NCBI GenBank assembly: GCA_030064955.1
Contig: JASJDW010000020.1
Coordinates: 4,310 to 36,309, forward strand
Source: Crocosphaera sp.
GTDB taxonomy: Bacteria; Cyanobacteriota; Cyanobacteriia; Cyanobacteriales; Microcystaceae
DNA length: 32,000 bases
Direction: 5' to 3'
Shown: positions 24,394 through 31,235 of the stretch, in pieces
Layout of the letters: each line of letters opens with the position of its first letter
Position numbering within the stretch: position 1 is the stretch's first letter
Program-made: the position numbers and the translations under genes
Notes under the pieces: model-generated
Databases searched by the model: none
The model's input: only the letters and a program-made list of their open reading frames with translations
What the model was told of the DNA's origin: nothing

Positions 24394-24963
24394 TTACGCA
24401 GTTTTGATTAGTTTTAAGAGGTTTTCAGGAGCAAAAACATCACGATAAAAGGTTAATTGTTCGGTTTTGAGATAACAACCACCTCGATGACCTCGACGTA
24501 CCCAAGTAACACTTCCTTTGGCAATGGTTTCATTGGTTTCATCATCAACACATTTCCATTCAAAAAAAGTATGCTCACCAGAAAACATAACAATTGGCCA
24601 ACACATCGTTACCCCAGGTTGAGCAATTAAAGCCCACCAATGTTGTTCCCTTTCTTTTTGTTGTTCTAATCCTTGATAGGGTCCATCTTGACATAAATAA
24701 ATAAGGTCTTCTCGATACTCTCCCGTTAAAATATCTCCTCTTCCTTGTCGTAATGCTTCACAATGACTAGGCCACCAATCTTTATTTTCTTGCTCAATCA
24801 TCTCTAAACTGTAGGTATCGTTAATTTCTGGTAAAGTTGGTTCAATTTTAGTGATTAAGTCTTCTCCTAACTTGATTAACTTGGCTTTCATGTCCTCAGA
24901 AACTAATCCAGTACGAGAATAGTTTGCTGAAAGCTTTTTGTAATAGTTGGTACGTTGAATCAT
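24394..24963 (-). CDS. Hypothetical protein (possibly NTF2/SnoaL-like fold)
   Basis: 189-aa ORF, ATG start, 4 nt upstream of the CMD gene. The fold guess rests only on the C-terminal alternating pattern (FFEWKCVDDETNETIAKGSVTWVRR). Confidence 0.55.
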   Translation of the reverse strand: MIQRTNYYKKLSANYSRTGLVSEDMKAKLIKLGEDLITKIEPTLPEINDTYSLEMIEQENKDWWPSHCEALRQGRGDILTGEYREDLIYLCQDGPYQGLEQQKEREQHWWALIAQPGVTMCWPIVMFSGEHTFFEWKCVDDETNETIAKGSVTWVRRGHRGGCYLKTEQLTFYRDVFAPENLLKLIKTA

Positions 24964-25211
24964 GGAAGAGTAAGCTCCTTTTTTTGAGAAATTTATTTCC
25001 CTTTCATTTATTATTAACTCATACTTTTCTGAAATTAAGCTGAGATTTTTGAGTTACTTACTGAGAGGAAAATAAAAATATTGAAAATCTAGGAAATTTC
25101 AAAGTAAAAAACAAGATTTTCTAATTCTATAAAAATTAGAAAACCTTAACATTTGCTTTTTTACTCTAAAGATTGTATTGTTAAAACCTTACAAAGATAT
25201 GGTTACTCTAG

Positions 25212-25253
25212 CAAGATGATTTTGTTTATTAAAGTCATAGAATTTATCTATGA
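25212..25253. promoter_or_regulatory. Copy A of a shared ~42-bp motif containing the dyad TCATAGA-N5-TCTATGA
   Basis: caagatgattttgtttattaaagTCATAGAatttaTCTATGA. The dyad at 25235-25253 is a perfect 7-bp inverted repeat. It lies 281 nt upstream of the 24963 start and 40 nt downstream of the PEP-CTERM gene stop. Confidence 0.45.
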
Positions 25254-25290
25254 GTAAAATTAATTATTGACATATACCTTGTTTTATGAG

Positions 25291-26256
25291 TTATTGGTTT
25301 CTAAGATTTCTTCTAAGTAATGAAGTTCCACCTAATATTCCTAATACAAAAAGACCCAACTTATTACTAGATTCAGGAACAGAGATAGCTTGAGTATTAT
25401 AACCAATTGTCAGTATATCTATACTGCCATCTGCACTACTTTCTGTATCAGGAAGATTAAGGGGTGTCACTTCAAAACCAGCAAGACTTGTTAACGTTCC
25501 GGTTCCTATAAAATCTTCAATATCAAAAGCGATACCAGCTAAAGGAATATCATCAATAATCGTATTTTCTGATAATCCTAAATTACTTAAATTTTCTGAA
25601 TTGACCGTAATTTCAAAATTTTCAACAATGCCAAAATCTCCTAAATTTGTATTATTAAAAAGATTATCTCCTGGTCCACTGGTAAGACGCAAAACAAAAT
25701 CACCAATTAAATTTCCAGCATCATCAATGGGTCTTAAATCAACACCATCATCGCCGATTAAATCAATTAAAAAGAAGTCATTAGCAAGACCTGGTACTGC
25801 TGTTAATTTTCTTCCAAAAAAGACGTTAAAAGCTTGTGGAATACCTGATAACGTTCCACCACCATTATCGATCGCTGCACCTACATTAGTGCCTAATAAA
25901 GCCTCAATTCCTGATGGTTCTAGTCCCTGAAATCCCCATGTATTACGAATATTATCTTCTGTTGGAAAACCTGTCGGAAATGTCACGACTTCAGTGATTC
26001 TTACTGGACCAGCAATGGAGAAAACGCTGCTTATGTCAGTGGTAAAACCTGTCATTAATTGGTCGCTTTGAACGATATCAGGTCGTGTAATATCACTAGA
26101 AGGAAAACGAACTAAATCCGGTTGATCAGGAAATTCTACATCCGTAAGAGGAGGATTGTCCAGAATAATTGTTTTTAATCCCTTCACTTCTGCACTAACA
26201 GATAAAGGAAGCAAAATACTTATACTTGTAATGATGAGTGATAGGGAAAACTTCAT
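25291..26256 (-). CDS. Secreted PEP-CTERM sorting-domain protein
   Basis: 321 aa. Signal peptide MKFSLSLIITSISILLPLSVSAEV. C-terminus VPESSNKLGLFVLGILGGTSLLRRNLRNQ has a PE-type motif, a TM helix and a basic tail. Confidence 0.8.
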   Translation of the reverse strand: MKFSLSLIITSISILLPLSVSAEVKGLKTIILDNPPLTDVEFPDQPDLVRFPSSDITRPDIVQSDQLMTGFTTDISSVFSIAGPVRITEVVTFPTGFPTEDNIRNTWGFQGLEPSGIEALLGTNVGAAIDNGGGTLSGIPQAFNVFFGRKLTAVPGLANDFFLIDLIGDDGVDLRPIDDAGNLIGDFVLRLTSGPGDNLFNNTNLGDFGIVENFEITVNSENLSNLGLSENTIIDDIPLAGIAFDIEDFIGTGTLTSLAGFEVTPLNLPDTESSADGSIDILTIGYNTQAISVPESSNKLGLFVLGILGGTSLLRRNLRNQ

Positions 26257-26348
26257 GGTTAAATTTCCAGTTTTACACTTCTATAAGCTAGAAATAGAAC
26301 TTATTTTGATAGCCTTATTGATATCCTATATAAGATTGATCTTGATAA

Positions 26349-26390
26349 CAAGATGATTTTTATGATTAAACTCATAGAAATTGTCTATAT
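26349..26390. promoter_or_regulatory. Copy B of the shared motif (dyad TCATAGA-N5-TCTATAT)
   Basis: caagatgatttttatgattaaacTCATAGAaattgTCTATAT. The first 12 nt are identical to copy A and one dyad arm is degenerate. It is centred about 125 nt upstream of the PEP-CTERM start. Confidence 0.45.
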
Positions 26391-26496
26391 AAATAAAAAC
26401 TTAAATTTTAACACCCATATCAGTAGTTCATAATTTAGCTAATAAATAGCGATCGCATTTTCCAACCATTTGACACACTACATACAAAAAATAATA

Positions 26497-26847
26497 TCAA
26501 ACAAGATTTAAAGCTATTTTTAAAGCTTTCTGTACTTTAATAGACAAATCGGGTGATAAGTTGCCCAATTTTCTTTGGAAAACCGATTTACTTACCGTAG
26601 CTATTTTATCTGCTCTTATTAAAGATGTTTTCTTCAAGCCTGTTTGTACAAATTGAGCATCACTATCTTGAATCAATACCCAACTATTTTGTAAATCAGC
26701 AGCAGGAATTTTGGAAAATATACCCACAATAATGACTTCTTCTCGATGTACCGCTAAAATTAGGGCAGGTCTTAATTTAGCAGAAGTTAGATCGCTAAAA
26801 GGAAATCTGACTAGCCATATTTCTCCAGGTTGAGGTTTAGGCATCAT
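26497..26847 (-). CDS. PemK/MazF-family type II toxin
   Basis: PQPGEIWLVRFPFSD...KLRPALIL...TSLIRADKIATVSKS matches the MazF/PemK SH3-like fold pattern. I place the start at ATGATG 26847 rather than 26877, giving the classic short overlap with the antitoxin. Confidence 0.8.
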   Translation of the reverse strand: MMPKPQPGEIWLVRFPFSDLTSAKLRPALILAVHREEVIIVGIFSKIPAADLQNSWVLIQDSDAQFVQTGLKKTSLIRADKIATVSKSVFQRKLGNLSPDLSIKVQKALKIALNLV

Positions 26848-27007
26848 AGATATCTTCTTCCTCATCGTTCCATTCACTAAAGCCAGTTTCAGCTAGTTGC
26901 ATCATGTGTAGCGTTTCTAGTTTTTCTTCTAAATCTTTTATTAGTGTTATTTGTTCTTGTATCGGTAACTCAAAGATCATTTGTTTTATTTCTTCTAATG
27001 TTGGCAT
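26837..27007 (-). CDS. Small acidic antitoxin candidate (56 aa), not in the ORF track
   Basis: My translation from ATG 27007: MPTLEEIKQMIFELPIQEQITLIKDLEEKLETLHMMQLAETGFSEWNDEEEDIYDA-stop. The stop (26839-26837) overlaps the toxin start in ATGATGCCTAA. Confidence 0.6.
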   Translation of the reverse strand: MPTLEEIKQMIFELPIQEQITLIKDLEEKLETLHMMQLAETGFSEWNDEEEDIYDA

Positions 27008-27018
27008 AGTTGTTAAAT

Positions 27019-27114
27019 CGATCTAGTCATCTTGATTATTATTATCTCAAATTAAGGAAAGCGATCGCCAAAATATTTTACAAGGAAAACCCCTTAAACC
27101 AGGAACAGAACCTT
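27019..27114. repeat. Direct repeat R1 (~96 bp), immediately upstream of the antitoxin gene and downstream of DUF29
   Basis: Aligns with 27594-27689. The 69-nt core ctcaaatt...cagaacctt differs at 4 positions and the remaining ~27 nt is more diverged with indels. Contains a HIP1 site. Confidence 0.85.
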
Positions 27115-27115
27115 T

Positions 27116-27547
27116 TTATCCATCGTTGATAATATCTTCCAAGCTGTATTTTCGTTCTTGAGGAAAGCGATCGCCATTGATACTACTCTTGGTTTTTTTG
27201 ACGGCAGCTTGATATGCTTTACCATAGAGAAAATCTAAACGTTGAGCGAGATGCTTGCGTAAATTAGTAGTTAATTTATTGTTAAGCTGTAGTCTGAATC
27301 CTGTTATTTCCGCTTCCCAATGATTGCGATTCCACTCCGATTGTTCGTACCAGTACTCAATTAGTAACAGATGAAGCATAATTAGGTAGGCAAATTGCTC
27401 CACCGATGACTTTTCGCCTCTTACCAATGCTTCTATCTCCTCAACTAAATTATCGATGTCTAAATGTTGAAAATTGCGATCGCGCAATAATTGTGCTTGT
27501 TCCAATAGCCAGGAATCATATTCTGTATCAATATTATGTTTTAACAT
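27116..27547 (-). CDS. DUF29 family protein (second copy in window)
   Basis: 143 aa. N-terminus DTEYDSWLLEQAQLLRDRNFQHLDIDNLVEEIEALVRGEKSSVEQF is the DUF29 signature, paralogous to 8404..8841. Confidence 0.8.
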   Translation of the reverse strand: MLKHNIDTEYDSWLLEQAQLLRDRNFQHLDIDNLVEEIEALVRGEKSSVEQFAYLIMLHLLLIEYWYEQSEWNRNHWEAEITGFRLQLNNKLTTNLRKHLAQRLDFLYGKAYQAAVKKTKSSINGDRFPQERKYSLEDIINDG

Positions 27548-27593
27548 AGTTCCTAAGACTTTAAAAATTAGCTGTTAGTCTTATTTTACTGTG

Positions 27594-27689
27594 CGATCTA
27601 CTGGTCTTGATGATTATTGTCTCAAATTCAGGAAAGCGATCGCAAAAATATTTTACAAAGAAAACCCCTTAAACCAAGAACAGAACCTT
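27594..27689. repeat. Direct repeat R2 (~96 bp), upstream of the DUF29 gene
   Basis: See R1. R2 ends 46 nt before the DUF29 ATG. Confidence 0.85.
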
Positions 27690-27761
27690 AATGTTAAATA
27701 TCCTATCGCTTAATAGAGGTACAAAAGCACTGTACACATCAAATTTTACCCATAGTGACTA

Positions 27762-27920
27762 TCAGCTAAGATCCCAAAATAAAACCCCCCACACATTACC
27801 AGTGTTGAGGGGTTCAATAAATTTTTTAAATGTTACCTTGATTTTAGCCAAGTCAATTCTCTTTTTTTCTGATGTATTTTTCAGAAGGTATTTTAGTTCG
27901 GGTAATTTGTTGAAAAACAT
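27762..27920 (-). CDS. Candidate 52-aa small ORF (or an sRNA, see findings)
   Basis: Internal ATG at 27920 preceded by aaaaggagtaattaca (AAGGAG, 8-nt spacer). Product: MFFNKLPELKYLLKNTSEKKRIDLAKIKVTFKKFIEPLNTGNVWGVLFWDLS. This conflicts with a terminator-like hairpin inside its 3' end. Confidence 0.3.
   Translation of the reverse strand: MFFNKLPELKYLLKNTSEKKRIDLAKIKVTFKKFIEPLNTGNVWGVLFWDLS
27773..27812 (-). terminator. Terminator-like hairpin with U-tract on the minus strand
   Basis: Minus strand reads cccctcaacac-tggtaat-gtgtgggggg followed directly by ttttattttggg. The stem is 4+4 bp with an internal loop. Confidence 0.4.
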
Positions 27921-28195
27921 TGTAATTACTCCTTTTATTATATTTTGTAATACATCATAGCACAAAATTAATACCATGTCAGTCCCATAATTAGTATATA
28001 TTTGGTTAATCTAAGTGGAAATAAGTAGAAATTACTGGACAACCCACTTTTACCAGGAATAAATAAGGATATTGATAAAATATAATAAATTTGTATTGAG
28101 TCGTATAACTCCTTATTATCCGACTTATCAATCTATGATGCAATCGCTCAAGAATTATACCATTTTGATTAACTTGGACTACAGATGTTAATATT

Positions 28196-28223
28196 GTAGG
28201 GGTAAACGGCCGTTTACCCCTAC
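28196..28223. repeat. Perfect 28-bp palindrome gtaggggtaaacgg|ccgtttacccctac
   Basis: 14-bp self-complementary arms with no loop mismatch, 43 nt downstream of the amylase stop. No adjacent U-tract on either strand. Confidence 0.8.
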
Positions 28224-28265
28224 GAAAATGCGGGATATAGCAACAGAATTTAGTATTATTAATAA

Positions 28266-30158
28266 TCAACTACACCAAGTATCTTGCCATTTTACTGTTC
28301 CTTTTTCTACTAAAATCCAACGACGACTAACAATATTTTCTCTGATTGGTTTTTGGTTATCTCGAACAACCATATATTTATAAGTAATCGCTTTCCCTGC
28401 ACTTTCAGTAAAAGGAATTTCTCCAAACCAAGTATTATCATTAATGTATTCTAAAGCATAAGCTTTTGTCACATCCCAATTACCCAATTCTGGACAATTT
28501 CCTGTTACAACAATAGCTTCTCCTGGTTTCGTTTTTATTCCATTTAATTGAGCGCGAACAATGGTTTTACCCTTAACGCGATCGCCAATATAACTGATGA
28601 CAATAAATTCTTGAGATTCTAAAAATAAACCATTGATTTTTCCATCTTTTACTTCGATCTCTCTTTGAGTCATTAAACAATAATATTGACCATCTTCTAG
28701 TTCTACATTTTCTACATCTATGGTGATAGCATCTCCTTTATTAATAGCAATAAAACAACGAGAATCACGATAACGTCTTAAATAACAATAAACATCATTA
28801 CTGATATATTTTTCGATTTGACTCCCTAAAGAAACAGCAGGATTTAAACGTCTTAATTTAGATAATTTCTGAATCATTTGATAAATAGGTGTATCTTGAT
28901 TCCAACTTTCCATCATAGGACGATTATAAGGATCATGACCGCCATTTGTATTATTATAAATGTATTGTTCGGTACCATAATAAATACAAGGAATCCCTCG
29001 ACAAGTCATAATTAAACCTAATGCTAATGCTAATCGATTATGATCAGCATTTAAACTTAAAAATCGAGGCATATCATGGTTATCAACAAAAGTAATTAAT
29101 TCAGTAGCACTATTATATAAATAATCTTGGTTAAAAATATCCTGAATTAAATAAAATCCCCCTTCATTATTACTCCCCAAAGCATTACGAATAGACTGGG
29201 CTAACCCAAAGTCTAAAATAGACATTCCTGAATGGTTAGAAAAATGGGCAGATTGTCCATCTAGGGGATGACAATGTATCCATTCGCCAAAGATAAATAC
29301 AGAAGGTTTATGATTTTTGATATCGCTGGTAAATTCTTGCCAAAACCATAAAGGCATATGTTTAACGGTATCAATTCTTAACGCATCAATCCCTAAATTT
29401 AACCATTGTTTTATAGCTGTTTTAATATAATTACGATAGTCAATATTTTCTTCTTGAAATGTAGCTAAACCACATAACTCATATTCTTGTACTTGTTGTT
29501 GATTATCCCACTCCGTAATTTCAGGATTATGATAATACCAATTATTAGAATCATTGTAATAATCTGCAATTAAAACTCCATCATCATATAGCTTTCCTTT
29601 CTCTCCACTAACATCAGGACTACTATGATTACAAACAATATCTAAAATTAACTTCATTCCTCGCTCATGTAAACTATCGATCAGATTTTTTAAAGTTTTA
29701 CAACGAGTTAAAGAATTATCTTCATTAGGAGCTAAAAAACGAGGATTAATCCGCTTAAAATCCTTTGTCCAATAACCGTGCATTGCTGCTCTTTCTAACT
29801 GTAGAGCTTCCACTTGTTCAAATAACGGTGTTACCCAAATTGCTGTAATTCCTAACTGTTGTAAATAGTCAAGTTTGTTAATAATTCCTTGTAAATCGCC
29901 TCCCCAATATTTTCCCCATTGGTGTCTTGTTGGGTCATAAAGTTCAGGATTAAAACCAGAATTATTATTAGGTTCTCCATCCAAAAAACGATCAACCACA
30001 ATAAAATAAATTGTTTCTTGACGAAATTCAATGGCTCTTGTAAATAAAAATTCAAATTCAGATACTTTCTCCGATTCTACACTTTCTGTATAAAATCCTA
30101 AAGCGGCCTTATTCATTTCTGAATTATCTTGAGTTTGAAATGCTATTTGATTACTCAT
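28266..30158 (-). CDS. GH13 alpha-amylase-family enzyme with C-terminal CBM20 starch-binding domain, no signal peptide
   Basis: GH13 regions: FIVVDRFLDG, LILDIVCNHS, ALRIDTVKHM, IFGEW, FVDNHD. C-terminal CBM20 pattern: IVVTGNCPELGNWD...WFGEIPF...ITYKYMVV. I place the start at ATG 30158 (MSNQIAF), because the track start at 30284 is TTG with an implausible N-terminal extension. Confidence 0.85.
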   Translation of the reverse strand: MSNQIAFQTQDNSEMNKAALGFYTESVESEKVSEFEFLFTRAIEFRQETIYFIVVDRFLDGEPNNNSGFNPELYDPTRHQWGKYWGGDLQGIINKLDYLQQLGITAIWVTPLFEQVEALQLERAAMHGYWTKDFKRINPRFLAPNEDNSLTRCKTLKNLIDSLHERGMKLILDIVCNHSSPDVSGEKGKLYDDGVLIADYYNDSNNWYYHNPEITEWDNQQQVQEYELCGLATFQEENIDYRNYIKTAIKQWLNLGIDALRIDTVKHMPLWFWQEFTSDIKNHKPSVFIFGEWIHCHPLDGQSAHFSNHSGMSILDFGLAQSIRNALGSNNEGGFYLIQDIFNQDYLYNSATELITFVDNHDMPRFLSLNADHNRLALALGLIMTCRGIPCIYYGTEQYIYNNTNGGHDPYNRPMMESWNQDTPIYQMIQKLSKLRRLNPAVSLGSQIEKYISNDVYCYLRRYRDSRCFIAINKGDAITIDVENVELEDGQYYCLMTQREIEVKDGKINGLFLESQEFIVISYIGDRVKGKTIVRAQLNGIKTKPGEAIVVTGNCPELGNWDVTKAYALEYINDNTWFGEIPFTESAGKAITYKYMVVRDNQKPIRENIVSRRWILVEKGTVKWQDTWCS

Positions 30159-30312
30159 GTAACTTTTATTTTTGGTAAAGTATAGCCGATACAAGGTGAA
30201 CGAAAAGGTTAGGTAAAAAGGAGCAGTTTTAGTTAGTAAATACTTCAAATAATTGATGTAACGGTCTTTCGGATGAGGCAGCAAAGCTTACTTTGTGACA
30301 GATTTTTCCCTT

Positions 30313-30340
30313 CTGCCTCCTGCCCTCTGCCTCCTGCCTC
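30313..30340. repeat. CTGCCTC heptamer tract (4 units, STRR-like)
   Basis: ctgcctc ctgccct ctgcctc ctgcctc, between the PRX-like stop and the amylase upstream region. Confidence 0.8.
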
Positions 30341-30354
30341 CTTCAAGCAGTCAT

Positions 30355-30999
30355 TTACAAATTTTGTAAGGTAACTAAAATTGATTCTGGATCAAGTCGT
30401 TTGGTATAATCAGCATTAATAGAAGCTAGAACAACTTGACCTTTTTGATTTATTACATAGGTAGCTGGAATGGGTAACTCAAAACTTTCATCCCCGTTAT
30501 AAGAAGGAATATCAATACCGAAATTCTGATAAATGGGACGTAAGGTTTCAGGAAGAATAAACACTAATCCTAACTTTTTAGCAAATTGATTTCCCACATC
30601 TGATAAAACCTCAAAAGTTAATTCATTTTTTTCTTGAGTAGAAAGAGAATTATCAGGAGTTTCAGGAGAAATAGCGACTAACGTTGCACCATAAGATTGA
30701 AACTTAGGAAGATATTGCTGAAGCTTTCTTAATTCTAAATTACAATAAGGACACCATCCACCTCGATACAAAGAAATAATAACAACATTTTTTTGCAGTA
30801 AACTTTTCAATTCTATTGTGTTACCAACGGCGTTAGGCAAACAAAAGTTAGGCATTTGCTCCCCTAGTTTAATTCCTTTTTCTGCAATATTTGACGCAAT
30901 TAAATCATTGGTTGTTTTATCCATAATTGTTTTGACTTCTTCTGGGTGTTGATCTCTGAGTTGTTTGCGAAGATTTTGTAATTCATTAGTTAGGTTCAT
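30355..30999 (-). CDS. AhpC/TSA-type thioredoxin-fold protein (PRX-like, CxxC)
   Basis: 214 aa. Redoxin-like core with LYRGGWCPYCNLELRKL and a ~50-aa helical N-terminal extension. Confidence 0.75.
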   Translation of the reverse strand: MNLTNELQNLRKQLRDQHPEEVKTIMDKTTNDLIASNIAEKGIKLGEQMPNFCLPNAVGNTIELKSLLQKNVVIISLYRGGWCPYCNLELRKLQQYLPKFQSYGATLVAISPETPDNSLSTQEKNELTFEVLSDVGNQFAKKLGLVFILPETLRPIYQNFGIDIPSYNGDESFELPIPATYVINQKGQVVLASINADYTKRLDPESILVTLQNL

Positions 31000-31120
31000 A
31001 ATGTTGATCCAGTCATTATTTTTGAATGATTAATAATTGTACACTTTTAGAAAATGTCAGCAGAAATCCTTATCTATAAATTAAACTTCTGTGCGATAGC
31101 GCCGGAACGGAGTGAGGAAC

Positions 31121-31144
31121 TTCTGACTTCTGACTTCTGACTTC
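31121..31144. repeat. TTCTGAC heptamer tract (3.4 units, STRR-like)
   Basis: ttctgac ttctgac ttctgac ttc, in the divergent intergenic region between the PRX-like and LysR genes. Confidence 0.8.
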
Positions 31145-31235
31145 ATTAAACTCCCCTCTTGCAAAAATTATATATAAACGCTAAAGTTAATAGCAAGACC
31201 ATTTTCTTTATTAAATTCATAGATGTTAGCTATAG

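Noticed and set aside
27691-28269. Track ORFs 27691..27960 (+, 89 aa) and 28006..28269 (-, 87 aa), plus the longer 71-aa form of 27762..27977.
   Set aside because: They fall in AT-rich DNA where long ORFs arise by chance. The 87-aa ORF reads straight through the 28-bp palindrome and overlaps the amylase stop. None has an SD-like sequence. Only the internal 52-codon version with AAGGAG is kept, and only as a weak candidate.
3440-30055. Short track ORFs nested in or antisense to longer genes: 3440..3628+, 4073..4255-, 6156..6371-, 7872..8105+, 11751..11975-, 14143..14337+, 14785..15078+, 15765..16001-, 15957..16181+, 20046..20267-, 22794..22979-, 25601..25930+, 26156..26356+, 29852..30055-.
   Set aside because: Each lies wholly or largely inside a longer ORF that has clear family motifs. 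Their products are low-complexity or compositionally odd, and I see no ribosome-binding sites or independent support.
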